From assembly GCF_054482595.1 (NCBI RefSeq), contig NZ_CM137008.1: a DNA stretch of 64,000 nt; one strand, written 5' to 3'. Below the pieces are notes generated by a model, which saw only the letters and a program-made list of their open reading frames with translations, had not been told where the DNA came from and did no database searches. Position numbers and translations under genes: made by a program. How positions within the stretch are numbered: the first letter of the stretch is position 1; each line of letters starts with the position of its first letter. This document shows, in pieces, positions 10,417 to 22,786 of this stretch.

Positions 10417-11718
10417 TTATTCGATGCGTTCCCACGGAATAAGGTTATCCATAAGAACAGCCAGTAAAATCCCGACCAATAAGCCGTTACTGAGCAGAGG
10501 ACGAAGCGTTAATGGAAGGTCTTGCAGATACACAGGCGGTAATGCCATTAAAAATATGCCGACAAATAACGGCAATGCGAGTCGATAAATGTTGCGAGCG
10601 GTAAACGTTATTTGCTGGCTAAACACCAGCGCGGAAAAGAGTAAAGGCAGATAAGAAACCAGCATGACCGCACTACTCACGGGTAAAGGGATACTGCAAA
10701 ACAGTCGCGTGAGTGCAGGAACCAGCGCCACCAGCAGGCAAATAACGCTGCCATAAATAAACGAACGCCGCGTGTAATCGCCAGTCTGGGTTAATAAACC
10801 AATGGATGAAACAAACGGTGAAAATGGAATTACCGCCAGCGGTACGGTTATCAGCGTCATAAATCCGGTCGCCACAAAGCTACGACGATAACGCGTATTC
10901 CCCGCGCCCTGCTGCGGATAAAAAACATCCGTGCCCCGAATCGCACCGTAGGTATTGCTGATATTCACCAGACCTGTAATCACCGCCGTCAGAATAATCC
11001 CCGGAGACAAAGCACCGCCACTGCCGAGCGGGAACCACTGCCAGTACAACTCACCGGAGAGCGAATGCGAAGAAGGAAAGCAAAAGTACCACAACAACCA
11101 GCCGGTTATCGTACCGACCAGCAGGCCATAACGGGCAAAACGTTGCGGCAGAAAGATAATCATCGCCAGTACCAGGCACATCACCGCCACCGAGAGCGCG
11201 AACGGCGGTAACTGAATTTTAAAATTTGGGTCGGCTATGCCAAACGGCAGCCCGAGCATACCTTTGAAAAAGATAGTGGTCAGCTGCGCGCCCAGCATCA
11301 ACATAAACAAGACCATCACCGACGGCGTAAATAACCGCGCCAGGCGATGACCTAATCCGCTAAAACCAATCAACATCGTCAGCACGCCGGAGAGTGCAAT
11401 CCCCACCGCCAGGCTGGTGGCGATATCGTTGATCGGTGTCCCGCGCGATGCTTCGCCAAGGGTGATAGTTAGGATGGTTCCCCACCACAGGCCCCCCGGC
11501 CCTTCCATAATAGCGCGACGATGGCCACAGAACGCCTGAGCGAAGCAGGCCAGTGCGGTAGCAAGAAAAGCATATTGCGTGAGCGTAAGCAGGCTACTTT
11601 GCGGCAACTGAAAAGCAGAAAGTAGCGTAGGAGGAACCACAACCGTGTTGCAAAAAATAAAGAAAAACCACTGAAATCCTGATAACAGGCTTTCGCGGCT
11701 GACTGCAAAATTGAACAT
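10417..11718 (-). CDS. ybbY: putative purine/nucleobase permease (NCS2 family)
   Basis: Polytopic membrane protein; ORF opens on GTG 11724, start placed at ATG 11718 (MFNFAVSRESLL). Confidence 0.85.
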   Translation of the reverse strand: MFNFAVSRESLLSGFQWFFFIFCNTVVVPPTLLSAFQLPQSSLLTLTQYAFLATALACFAQAFCGHRRAIMEGPGGLWWGTILTITLGEASRGTPINDIATSLAVGIALSGVLTMLIGFSGLGHRLARLFTPSVMVLFMLMLGAQLTTIFFKGMLGLPFGIADPNFKIQLPPFALSVAVMCLVLAMIIFLPQRFARYGLLVGTITGWLLWYFCFPSSHSLSGELYWQWFPLGSGGALSPGIILTAVITGLVNISNTYGAIRGTDVFYPQQGAGNTRYRRSFVATGFMTLITVPLAVIPFSPFVSSIGLLTQTGDYTRRSFIYGSVICLLVALVPALTRLFCSIPLPVSSAVMLVSYLPLLFSALVFSQQITFTARNIYRLALPLFVGIFLMALPPVYLQDLPLTLRPLLSNGLLVGILLAVLMDNLIPWERIE

Positions 11719-11774
11719 AAACACACCTTAACCGGAGAATGCCCGCCGCAAGGACGGGCATTGCAGGGGCCAGA

Positions 11775-13136
11775 TTACTGCTGATGTTTAAGGATAAATT
11801 GACCTTTCGGCGCAACAGGGAAGCCCTGTTCAATGTCGTAAATCACATCACCACGTAAGATGGTTTTCGTGATACGCGCGCCAATGGTACGGCCAACATA
11901 CGGGCTGACTTTGTGGCGATATTCCAGATCGTCATTGGTAAGAACATAGCTGCTATTCGGCTGAATGAAGACGAAGTCGGCATCTTTTCCTGGGGCGATA
12001 CGGCCTTTTTGCTGCAGACCGAAAATATCTGCTGCGTTAGTCGCCATTAATTTGCCGAACATTGGCAGAGACATTCCGCGTTTCTGTACCGCTTCATCGA
12101 ACATCACGTCCATACAGTTTTGCAGACCGGCAATACCGCCCCATGCTTCCATGATGTTGCCGGCTTTCATTTCCGGAGGGCATGGTGAGTGGTCGGAAAC
12201 CAGGCAGTCGATTTCACCGTTAAACAGTTTTTCCCACATGCCTTTCTGGTTTTCCAGATCGCGGATCGGCGGTGAACACTTCGCCAGAGTACCGATTTCT
12301 TCGAACTGATCGGTATCCAGTACAAAGTAATGCGGGCAGGATTCACAAGTAACGTCCTGACCTTCCTGACGTGCACGAGTCACTTCTTCAACGCCTTCCG
12401 GGCTGCTGATATGGCAAACGTGCAGACGGCAACCGGCAACTTTCGCCAGATACAGCACGCGGCGAATCGCTTCCACTTCGGTAAATACCGGACGCGAAGC
12501 CACATAGTCATGGGCAGTTACGCGACCTTCACGTTTCGCTTCTTCGCCCAGTGCGTCACAGATCAGCGCGTTTTCGCAGTGCACCAGCACCGGCTGCCCC
12601 AGTTCGCCCAGCTTCTGCGCACCTTTGAAGAACTGCCAGTCGTTTACATCACGGAAGTCGTTGTCGATACCGCGATCGCCACAGGTCGCAACGAAGCATT
12701 TGAAGCCGACAACGCCCACTTCATCCAGCTCATGCAGACGGTCGATGTTGTAAGACACCAGGCCACCGAGTTGTGCCGCATCGATAGTCAGCTTGCCTTT
12801 AGCGGCATCGAACTTCAGTTCAATTGAAGCGCGGTCAACCGTTGCAGGCAGCTGGTTGAGCGGCATTTCGATCATGGTGGTGATACCACCTTTTGCCGCT
12901 GCGCGAGTACCGGTTTCATAACCTTCCCAGTGGCTACGACCCGGTTCAGAAATATGGGTGTGCGCATCAACCATGCCCGGCGAAACCACCAGACCAGACG
13001 CATCCATAACTTCTTTTGCATCGCCCAGATCCTGACCGATAGCAGCAATTTTGCCGCCTTTAACGGCGATATCTACAACGCGAGCTTCGTTTTCTAAAAT
13101 AACGGTGCCGTTTTTAATGATTAAATCAAAAGACAT
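11775..13136 (-). CDS. allB: allantoinase
   Basis: 453-aa ORF; cyclic amidohydrolase HxH motif (DAHTH). Confidence 0.92.
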   Translation of the reverse strand: MSFDLIIKNGTVILENEARVVDIAVKGGKIAAIGQDLGDAKEVMDASGLVVSPGMVDAHTHISEPGRSHWEGYETGTRAAAKGGITTMIEMPLNQLPATVDRASIELKFDAAKGKLTIDAAQLGGLVSYNIDRLHELDEVGVVGFKCFVATCGDRGIDNDFRDVNDWQFFKGAQKLGELGQPVLVHCENALICDALGEEAKREGRVTAHDYVASRPVFTEVEAIRRVLYLAKVAGCRLHVCHISSPEGVEEVTRARQEGQDVTCESCPHYFVLDTDQFEEIGTLAKCSPPIRDLENQKGMWEKLFNGEIDCLVSDHSPCPPEMKAGNIMEAWGGIAGLQNCMDVMFDEAVQKRGMSLPMFGKLMATNAADIFGLQQKGRIAPGKDADFVFIQPNSSYVLTNDDLEYRHKVSPYVGRTIGARITKTILRGDVIYDIEQGFPVAPKGQFILKHQQ

Positions 13137-13195
13137 AACAAACTCCTTGTAAAATACAGATTGGTTTTTAACTCAATGTTCAATATCGGGATTAA

Positions 13196-14650
13196 TTAAC
13201 CTATGGTTTTTTGCTCTCCTGTTTTTTCTGCTGTTGTACGTTTCTTTAATAAGGCGTAGGCCGCAAAGGCGACGATGACGCCGACAAACCATGAAACACG
13301 CGATAACGGTTCCATTAAGGGAATAAACTTACCGCCAAGAGATAAAATAACGGCCACCAGAGTTACTGAAAACGCGGTGAGGTTAAAACCGTTATCGTAA
13401 TATTTATAATCGCCAGGTGCGGTGTACAGTTCATCAAGATTAATTTGCCCACGCATCACCACAAAATAATGCGCCATCATGACACCAATTACCGGCCCCA
13501 GCATTCCGCCGATAATATCGAGGAACAGATAAATACTGTCCTGATTTTCCATTAATTTCCACGGGCAGATCAGCAGACTGATAATACTGGCAATCAGTAC
13601 GCCGTTTTTATAGGTCAGTTTTGTCGGTGCAATGGCAGCAATCTGATAACCGGCCGGAATAATATTACCGGTGGCGTTAGTGGAGATAGTCGTCATCAGA
13701 ATAACCAGTACCGCAAAGAACGAGGCGAACAAGCTGTCCCAACGCTGAACAATATCCAGCACGTTCCAGGTGTCAGCGCCGTAATGAATACTGGCTCCGG
13801 CAATAATACATACCCCCGCGACCGCAAACAGAATATAGGCCACAACTAAACCCAGCGTTTGCCCCAGCGCTTGCTCACGAAACGAGTGGGCGTTTTGCGT
13901 AAAGTCGGATGCGCTCACCGCCGGTGCCGCCCAGACCGCAACTACCGCGTTAATCACCACCAGGAACAAGAATCCACTGTTTTCTGCTTTCTGAATACCG
14001 CTCGGAATGTAGTCAAAGATTGGACCGAGCCCGACCAGCGAAATCGCCCAAATCGCCATACCGCCGAAAACGATATAGATGCACGGGTTAAGAATGGCAG
14101 TGAATTTATTTAAAACTTTGCCACCGCCAAAACCTATACCAACGTTGACCAGCCAGAAGAGTAAGAAAGTAATTAAGCCCGGTAGAGAAAGGCCTAACAG
14201 AGTGAAATCACCACCGAGAGTCAAAAATCCCGGCCAGATTTTGCCAATCAGAATCAAGCAGGCCAGTGACCCTGCGTAACATTGCAGGCCAAACCACATA
14301 ATGGCAGCAATACCGCCTCTTAATAATCCGGGAAACAGTGCGCCACGTACGCCGTAAGAAGCACGCAGGATCATGGCAAACGGTACGCCGTATTTACTGC
14401 CCGCAGCACCGTTTAATACCATTACCGCGGCAATGAAAAAGGCGCTGAGGATAATTGCCAGCATAATACTAAAGGTAGACAAGCCGAGAATAAAAAAGCC
14501 GCCGACCATCACATAATTGGGAACGTTATGAACCGAACCCATCCATAAGGTAAAATAGTTAAATGTTTTCCAGGTCCGCTGGCTTTGCGTTTTCGGCAAT
14601 AGATCTTCGCTATAGCCGCGTTGCTGGAATAGTTTTCTCTGATGTTCCAT
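13196..14650 (-). CDS. ybbW: allantoin permease (NCS1 family)
   Basis: 484-aa polytopic membrane ORF; synteny. Confidence 0.9.
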   Translation of the reverse strand: MEHQRKLFQQRGYSEDLLPKTQSQRTWKTFNYFTLWMGSVHNVPNYVMVGGFFILGLSTFSIMLAIILSAFFIAAVMVLNGAAGSKYGVPFAMILRASYGVRGALFPGLLRGGIAAIMWFGLQCYAGSLACLILIGKIWPGFLTLGGDFTLLGLSLPGLITFLLFWLVNVGIGFGGGKVLNKFTAILNPCIYIVFGGMAIWAISLVGLGPIFDYIPSGIQKAENSGFLFLVVINAVVAVWAAPAVSASDFTQNAHSFREQALGQTLGLVVAYILFAVAGVCIIAGASIHYGADTWNVLDIVQRWDSLFASFFAVLVILMTTISTNATGNIIPAGYQIAAIAPTKLTYKNGVLIASIISLLICPWKLMENQDSIYLFLDIIGGMLGPVIGVMMAHYFVVMRGQINLDELYTAPGDYKYYDNGFNLTAFSVTLVAVILSLGGKFIPLMEPLSRVSWFVGVIVAFAAYALLKKRTTAEKTGEQKTIG

Positions 14651-14787
14651 AAATCCCTCTTAATTTCACGTATCGAATAACGTTGTTTTAATCTAGCTAT
14701 GAGGAACAAATAAAATAAAAATATTATTTTTAATACTGAAGCAACATCTTTGGCTGCTTTCTTTTTTAATATTGCTGGCCGATTCAT
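14509..14787 (-). CDS. ybbV: small hypothetical ORF overlapping the ybbW 5' end (ybbV-like)
   Basis: 92-aa ORF, lysine-rich, AT-rich region; coding status doubtful. Confidence 0.3.
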   Translation of the reverse strand: MNRPAILKKKAAKDVASVLKIIFLFYLFLIARLKQRYSIREIKRDLWNIRENYSSNAAIAKIYCRKRKASGPGKHLTILPYGWVRFITFPIM

Positions 14788-14818
14788 TTTCTGATATCGG
14801 CCATTTTTATTGCGGGTA

Positions 14819-15697
14819 TCAGGCCAGTTTATGATTCGCCATTAATTCCAGCGCCTGCACTAACGCAGAGTGATCCAACTGGCTGCCACCGTTTGCCGCA
14901 CAGGTATTAAATAACTCCTGGCAGGTCGCGGTGTTTGGCAGGTTCAGCGCCAGTGCCTTCGCACTTTGCAGTGCCAGGTTGAGATCTTTCTGGTGCAGCG
15001 CAATTTTGAAACCTGGATTAAAGGTGCGTTTAATCATACGCTCGCCATGAACTTCCAGAATACGTGAGGAAGCAAAGCCGCCCATCAGCGCCTGGCGCAC
15101 ACGTACCGGGTCCGCACCGGCTTTTGAAGCAAATAGCAGGGCTTCAGAAACCGCTTCAATATTGAGCGCCACGATAATCTGATTTGCCACTTTGCAGGTT
15201 TGACCGTCGCCGTTACCGCCCACGAGGGTGATATTTTTACCGAGCAATTCAAACAGCGGTTTAACACGTTCAAATACCGCTTCGTCGCCGCCAACCATAA
15301 TCGACAACGTCCCTTCACGCGCGCCGATTTCACCGCCGGAGACTGGCGCATCGAGATAATCACCACCCAGTTCATTCACCTGACGAGCGAAACGTTTAGT
15401 TTCAATCGGTGAAATGGAGCTCATATCAACAATGGTTTTGCCCTTCAGCGAGGCTTTGGTACAACCATTTTCACCAAACAGAACTTCTTCAACCTGAGGT
15501 GTGTCCGGCACCATAATAAAAATGATGTCCGCTGCTTCCGTTACCTGGCGCGCGGTGTCGACATTAACAGCACCGAGTGACAGTAATTCATCAGCAACCG
15601 GTCCAATGGTCGTGACATGCAGTTGATGACCGGCACGCGCCAGATTAATGGCCATCGGTGTACCCATAATGCCTAAGCCAATAAATCCCAGTTTCAT
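14819..15697 (-). CDS. glxR: tartronate semialdehyde reductase
   Basis: 292-aa ORF, N-terminal GxGxxG NAD-binding motif (MKLGFIGLGIMG). Confidence 0.9.
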   Translation of the reverse strand: MKLGFIGLGIMGTPMAINLARAGHQLHVTTIGPVADELLSLGAVNVDTARQVTEAADIIFIMVPDTPQVEEVLFGENGCTKASLKGKTIVDMSSISPIETKRFARQVNELGGDYLDAPVSGGEIGAREGTLSIMVGGDEAVFERVKPLFELLGKNITLVGGNGDGQTCKVANQIIVALNIEAVSEALLFASKAGADPVRVRQALMGGFASSRILEVHGERMIKRTFNPGFKIALHQKDLNLALQSAKALALNLPNTATCQELFNTCAANGGSQLDHSALVQALELMANHKLA

Positions 15698-15796
15698 AAT
15701 TAACCTCTTTTAAATTTTGCTTTTCCTGGATTCAGACAACACGATCCCCTGCCAACTTAGCGGCCTAAAAAAGCATTGCCTGAACAGCGTTACGTT

Positions 15797-16573
15797 TTAA
15801 CGGTACGGATCCATCCAGCGTAAACCGGCTTCCGTGGTGGTTTGGGGTTTATATTCACAACCAACCCAACCGTTGTAGTCAGAATTTTCGATTACCTTAA
15901 AGAGATAATCATAATTAATTTCTCCGGTCCCCGGTTCGCCGCGATGCGGATTATCGGCAATTTGCAGGTGACCAATTTTATCGGCCCACTGAGTCATGGT
16001 GTTGGTTAATTCACCTTCCATCCGCTGCATGTGATAAATGTCATACTGAATTTTCAAATTGCAGCAACCAACATCATCAATCAATTTCAGCGCCTGCCGA
16101 GTTCCGGTGAGATGGAAACCAGGAATATCAAAATGGTTAATAGGTTCAATCAGTAATAAAATATCTTCTTTCATCAGCATATTCGCGGCATAACGCAGGT
16201 TTTCTACAAGCGTTGCGTGAATCTGTTCACTGCTGAAACCAGTCGGCGTTTTACCGACCAGACAGTTAATTTTTTTATTACCCAGCGCACGAGCATAACG
16301 AATCGCTGCTGCTACGCCATCCCGAAACTCTTCTTCACGGCCAGGAATACAGGCAATACCCCGCTCGCCCGCCGCCCAGTCACCTGCCGGTAAATTGTGC
16401 AGCGTATGTTCGAGTTTATTACTCGCCAGTACCTGTTTTAATTCTTCAATGTCGTAGTCATAAGGAAACATAAATTCAACGCCGCGAAAACCACACTGCG
16501 CAGCTTTCTCAAAACGGGCGAGAAAATCATATTCACCAAATAACATCGATAAATTAGCAGAGAAACGTAACAT
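15797..16573 (-). CDS. hyi: hydroxypyruvate isomerase
   Basis: 258-aa ORF; synteny between gcl and glxR. Confidence 0.9.
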   Translation of the reverse strand: MLRFSANLSMLFGEYDFLARFEKAAQCGFRGVEFMFPYDYDIEELKQVLASNKLEHTLHNLPAGDWAAGERGIACIPGREEEFRDGVAAAIRYARALGNKKINCLVGKTPTGFSSEQIHATLVENLRYAANMLMKEDILLLIEPINHFDIPGFHLTGTRQALKLIDDVGCCNLKIQYDIYHMQRMEGELTNTMTQWADKIGHLQIADNPHRGEPGTGEINYDYLFKVIENSDYNGWVGCEYKPQTTTEAGLRWMDPYR

Positions 16574-16585
16574 TATTTATCTCCC

Positions 16586-18367
16586 TTATTCATAGTGCAT
16601 GAAGCAGGTTTCAGTCGGTGCATCCGCTGCGTTATCGGCGATATCTTCAAATTCCATGACGTTATCCAGTTCGCTGCCCATCGAAATATTTGTCACACGC
16701 TCGAGAATAACTTCCACGACTACCGGTACCCGATATTGCGCCATTAAGGCTTTCGCCTGTTCAAAGGCCGGTGCAATATCTTCCGGTTTGAAGACGCGAA
16801 TAGCTTTACAACCTAAACCTTCCGCTACTTTTACGTGGTCGACGCCGTAACCGTTCACTTCGCTGGAGTTGATATTCTCGAAAGCGAGTTGCACGCAGTA
16901 GTCCATGTCAAAGGCGCGTTGTGACTGACGAATCAGACCGAGATAGGCGTTGTTAACCAGCACATGGATGTACGGAATGTTGAACTGCGCGCCAACGGCT
17001 AACTCTTCAATCAGGAACTGGAAGTCGAAGTCACCGGAAATCGCCACCACATTGCGTTTCGGATCAGCGGCACAAACCCCCAGCGCCGCCGGAATCGTCC
17101 AGCCTAACGGACCAGCCTGACCACAGTTGATCCAGTGGCGGTCTTTAAAGACATGCAGCATTTGTGCCGCAGCGATTTGTGACAGACCAATGGTGGTGAC
17201 ATAACAAACATCGCGACCAAAGGCTTTGTTCATCTCTTCATACACGCGCTGCGGTTTCACCGGCACGTTGTCGAAGTGGGTTTTGCGCAGCAAAGTGCGT
17301 TTGCGCTGCTGGCAGTCGGCGACCCATTCTTTACGACACGGCAGACGACCCGCTTTTTGCATCTCCTGCGCCACTTCAACCAGCAGTGTCAGCGCCGCTT
17401 TAGCATCAGAGACAATGCCGAGATCCGGACACAGCACGCGGCCAATTTGCGTCGGCTCAATATCGATATGAACGATTTTGCGCCCTTCGGTGTATTTCTC
17501 TACCGAACCGGTATGACGGTTAGCAAAACGGTTACCGATACCAAACACCATGTCGGACGCCAGCAGCGTTGCGTTACCGTAACGATGCGCGGTTTGCAGA
17601 CCGACCATCCCGGCCATCAGTTCATGATCGTCCGGGATACAGCCCCAGCCCATCAGCGTTGGGATCACCGGAACGCTGGTCAGTTCAGCAAACTGTTGTA
17701 ACAGTGCAGCTGCGTCAGCATTGATTACCCCGCCCCCGGCAACAATCACCGGACGTTCGGCCTGGATTAACATTTCTACAGCTTTTTCGATCTGCATACG
17801 GCTGGCAGCAGGTTTGTAGACCGGCAGCGGTTCGTACATGTCAGGATCAAACTCGATTTCCGCAACCTGAACGTCGAACGGTAAATCCACCAGTACCGGA
17901 CCCGGACGACCAGAACGCATCAGGTGAAATGCCTGTTGCAGCACGCGAGGCACCAGCGCCGCTTCACGAACTGTAACCGCCATTTTGCTGACCGGTTTAG
18001 CAATTGCTTCAATATCTACGGCCTGAAAATCTTCTTTATGCAGACGGGCGCGCGGAGCCTGGCCGGTAATGCACAGAATAGGAATGGAATCAGCAGAAGC
18101 AGAATAGAGCGCGGTGATCATGTCCGTGCCCGCAGGACCGGAAGTCCCCAGACATACGCCGATATTCCCTGCCGTTGCGCGGGTATAACCTTCCGCCATG
18201 TGCGAAGCACCTTCCACATGACGCGCCAGAATGTGACGAATACCGCCGTGCTTACGCATCGCTGAGTAGAACGGATTGATTGCAGCTCCCGGAACACCGA
18301 AGGCGGTGGTGATACCTTCTTTCTCCAGCACATACATTGCCGCGTCAACGGCTCTCATTTTTGCCAT
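16586..18367 (-). CDS. gcl: glyoxylate carboligase (ThDP-dependent)
   Basis: ORF 16586-18457; start set at ATG 18367 ([10 protein letters not shown], 593 aa) with AGGTAGGAAT RBS upstream. Confidence 0.92.
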
Positions 18368-18387
18368 TTTATTCCTACCTCTATTTA

Positions 18388-18404
18388 TTGGAAAATTTTT
18401 CCAA
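18388..18404. promoter_or_regulatory. AllR operator in gcl promoter
   Basis: Palindrome TTGGAAAATTTTTCCAA about 20 bp upstream of gcl start; near-identical to the box at 19938. Confidence 0.7.
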
Positions 18405-18419
18405 CTTTCAAATTTTGTC

Positions 18420-18444
18420 AAAAAAACCCGCTCCGCAGAGCGGG
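18420..18444 (-). terminator. rho-independent terminator after allR
   Basis: Minus-strand hairpin cccgctctgcggagcggg followed by a U7 run. Confidence 0.6.
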
Positions 18445-18456
18445 ATGCGACAGACA

Positions 18457-19272
18457 TTATGGATGTGCTTTCAGTCCCAACGCCGTGCTGATATCGCGGG
18501 CGGTGTCTCTGACCAGCTCACCCTGACTGACAAAACGGTCTTCTGTCAGTCTTGATGAAGGCCCGGAGATGGAGATAGCGGCAACAACGCTACCTACATC
18601 ATCGTAAATTGCTGAAGCTATGCAATTCAGACCTACAACATGCTCTTCTTTATCTACGGTATAGCCCAGTTCACGCGCTTGTTCCAGGTCCTTCAGCAAG
18701 GTGGGCATATCCACAAACGTAGTTGGCGTAAACTGCTGCAAACCGGTTTGCAGAATGATGCTCATCAACTCCTCTTCCGCCAGCGGATAAAGCAGCGCTT
18801 TGCCCGCACCGGAAGCATGCAGTGGCAGACGACTGCCCAGTGGCGCACACATCCTGACCATCGATTTACACTCTAACTGACCAATTAATACCGCTTCATT
18901 GCCGTTACGGATCGCGACATTGACCGTTTCGCCGGAAAGTAACATCAGGCGGCGCATAAACGGCCCGGCGACGGAGAGGACATCGCGGTTATGGATGTAC
19001 GCTGCACCGACGTTAAAGACACCTAATCCTATATGCCACCAGCCTAACTGACTGTCCTGATAGACAAAATCCGCTGCCTGTAAAACCTTCAGCAAGCGAA
19101 AGGTCGTGGAGAGCGGCAAATCCAGATTGAGAGAAATATCGCTAACCGACGAACTTCCCCCACTTTTTTCCAGATATTGCAGAATCGCAATTCCCCGCTC
19201 TAATGCCTGTGCGCCCTTCTGTGCCACAGGCTCCGCCTGTCCTGGCCTGCCGCGCCGTCTAACTTCCGTCAT
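18457..19272 (-). CDS. allR: IclR-family repressor of the allantoin regulon
   Basis: 271-aa ORF; IclR-type HTH plus effector domain; synteny. Confidence 0.9.
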
Positions 19273-19349
19273 ACCTACGTTAACTCCGACCTACAAGTGA
19301 GCATAAACAATGAACAATTAGTTTATCTTATGCAAGTCGGTTGCAGGCG

Positions 19350-19832
19350 TCACGCAAAACAGAGTTCCTGTTCAGGAATACTTTCAACATCACAGTTGTC
19401 ACTGCCGCCGCGATCGATGGTCAGAAAATCGGTGACGCGCTGCCAGGCGAAAAGTGGGTGATGCCAGACGTTACGATGGTAATTCACTCCCTGTTCGCCG
19501 TTGGTAATAAACGCCCGCAGGGTTGACAGGTCTGGTTTGTCGTCACCTAACGCCACGACCACCACAAACACCTCACCTTTCATCGGGATAAAGGCCTGAG
19601 TACCCAGCGGATGACGTTCGAGTTCGTGAATGGTCAGCGGCAGATTCGCCGGTTGCGCGCGGTTAATGCTGATAAGCGTACGGTCTTGCTCAAGAATCTC
19701 AACCAGCGCCAAATCGTGGTAACGCTCCACCAGGCCATTGTTAATATGGAAAAAATCCCGTTGCTGCGTTTCGATTACGTCGCCATAAGCACTAAAGGCT
19801 TCCTGACTTAACGGTAATACCTGAAGTTTCAT
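19350..19832 (-). CDS. allA: ureidoglycolate lyase
   Basis: 160-aa ORF; synteny, divergent from allS. Confidence 0.9.
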
Positions 19833-19937
19833 CTTTTTGTCCTTGTAACATAATTCCGTTCAACCAGCGCCGACCGGTCAGCTTGGTTTCAATAACAGGC
19901 AATCTAAAACCTTAAGAGAACAACATCAATACAAAAG

Positions 19938-19954
19938 TTGGAATATTTTTCCAA
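19938..19954. promoter_or_regulatory. AllR operator in the allA/allS divergent intergenic region
   Basis: Palindrome TTGGAATATTTTTCCAA; one mismatch from the gcl box. Confidence 0.7.
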
Positions 19955-20061
19955 AACTAGATTTAGTCCACAAATTGAACAGGGTTATCATGTAAAAATA
20001 CTGATAAATCAGAGGATAAGAAAATCACGCAACTTGCGGATTTAAAAGGGGATACCTGAAG

Positions 20062-20988
20062 ATGTTCGATCCAGAAACCTTGCGGACTTTCATTGCGGTT
20101 GCTGAAACAGGAAGTTTTTCAAAAGCGGCAGAACGATTATGTAAAACCACGGCGACGATCAGTTATCGCATTAAACTTCTGGAAGAGAATACCGGAGTAG
20201 CGCTGTTTTTCCGTACGACTCGCAGCGTGACGTTGACAGCGGCTGGCGAGCATCTACTTTCCCAGGCCAGAGACTGGCTGAGCTGGCTGGAAAGTATGCC
20301 AAGCGAGCTGCAACAGGTGAATGATGGCGTGGAACGCCAGGTGAATATTGTCATCAACAACCTGCTCTACACCCCCCAGGCCGTCGCCCAGTTGCTGGCG
20401 TGGCTGAATGAACGTTACCCCTTTACCCAGTTTCACATCTCCCGACAAATCTATATGGGCGTCTGGGACTCGCTATTGTACGAAGGTTTTGCGCTGGCTA
20501 TCGGCGTCACGGGAACTGAGGCGCTGGCAAATACCTTTAGTCTTGATCCCTTAGGATCGGTGCAATGGCGATTTGTCATGGCGGCGGATCATCCGCTGGC
20601 GAACGTTGAAGAGCCGCTAACAGAAGCGCAGTTGCGGCGCTTTCCGGCGGTCAATATTGAAGACAGCGCCCGCACCTTAACCAAACGCGTCGCCTGGCGA
20701 TTGCCAGGGCAAAAAGAGATTATTGTTCCCGATATGGAAACGAAAATCGCCGCCCATCTGGCGGGCGTTGGCATTGGTTTTTTGCCAAAATCACTTTGCC
20801 AGTCAATGATCGATAATCAACAACTGGTCAGCCGGGTAATCCCAACGATGCGCCCTCCTTCGCCATTGAGTCTGGCATGGCGCAAATTTGGCAGCGGCAA
20901 AGCGGTAGAAGATATTGTGACCTTGTTTACCCAGCGCAGGCCGGAAATCAGCGGATTTTTAGAAATTTTCGGCAACCCACGCAGTTAA
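20062..20988 (+). CDS. allS: LysR-type activator of allDCE
   Basis: 308-aa ORF with N-terminal LysR HTH. Confidence 0.9.
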   Translation: MFDPETLRTFIAVAETGSFSKAAERLCKTTATISYRIKLLEENTGVALFFRTTRSVTLTAAGEHLLSQARDWLSWLESMPSELQQVNDGVERQVNIVINNLLYTPQAVAQLLAWLNERYPFTQFHISRQIYMGVWDSLLYEGFALAIGVTGTEALANTFSLDPLGSVQWRFVMAADHPLANVEEPLTEAQLRRFPAVNIEDSARTLTKRVAWRLPGQKEIIVPDMETKIAAHLAGVGIGFLPKSLCQSMIDNQQLVSRVIPTMRPPSPLSLAWRKFGSGKAVEDIVTLFTQRRPEISGFLEIFGNPRS

Positions 20989-21041
20989 AAATCAAGTTTC
21001 CTTGCGCGTTGGCGCGTAAAATAGCGCGCAAGCTGATTTGA

Positions 21042-22151
<1,110 letters not shown>

Positions 22152-22266
22152 TGAGGGACGTATTTGTATTAGTCGCGACTTGATCTGACACATGGCCTTG
22201 AAAGGTTGAGAGTTACCGGTTTTGATATGAGTGTCGAATCCTTATCCAAAACAAGAGGTAACTCTC

Positions 22267-22638
22267 ATGCTTCATACTGCCAATCCCGTCATCAAACACA
22301 AAGCCGGTTTGCTCAATCTGGCTGAAGAACTCAGCAACGTATCAAAAGCCTGTAAAATCATGGGCGTTTCGCGTGATACGTTTTATCGTTACCGCGAACT
22401 GGTCGCTGAAGGCGGTGTGGATGCGCAGATTAATCGTAGTCGCCGCGCTCCTAACCTTAAGAACCGTACCGATGAGGCAACTGAACAGGCTGTTGTTGAT
22501 TACGCCGTCGCTTTCCCGACACATGGTCAGCACCGGGCCAGCAACGAGCTGCGTAAACAGGGGGTTTTTATCTCCGACAGTGGTGTCCGTTCTGTCTGGT
22601 TACTCCATAACCTTGAGAATCTCAAAAGACGATACTGA
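22267..22638 (+). pseudogene. ylbG: truncated transposase-like HTH protein (ylbG-like)
   Basis: 123-aa product from ATG 22267 with AAGAGGT RBS; HTH segment (MGVSRDTFYRYRE) typical of IS transposase N-termini; no catalytic domain follows. Confidence 0.6.
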
Positions 22639-22648
22639 ACAAATTTTA

Positions 22649-22786
22649 TCAGGTGACGTTCCGTAAAAAGTTGTATGGAGTTCTCGATGCAGTCGGCGCG
22701 ACTATCAGTACCCCCGCTGAACCCTGGACTATCGGGCCGCCGTACTGGGGCATGTCACCCTGGCGTGCCGCTGGTTTTCCGCTAAT
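22649..22786 (-). pseudogene. relic of an rhs 5' end (start codon ATT)
   Basis: Minus-strand translation [26 protein letters not shown] matches rhs N-terminus [26 protein letters not shown] at 27827; diverges after about 30 codons, stop at 22649. Confidence 0.55.

Noticed and set aside
14700-14815. Plus-strand hairpin with T-run in the ybbW/glxR gap, possible terminator
   Set aside because: Both flanking genes are on the minus strand and the minus-strand reading lacks a U-run; more likely part of the ybbW promoter region
16586-18457. N-terminal extensions in the ORF track (gcl 623 aa, adk 234 aa, apt 201 aa, ylbF 312 aa, allC 417 aa, cnoX 296 aa)
   Set aside because: The track opens at the first ATG/GTG/TTG after a stop; internal ATGs with RBS-like sequences match the protein N-termini I recall, so shorter starts were used
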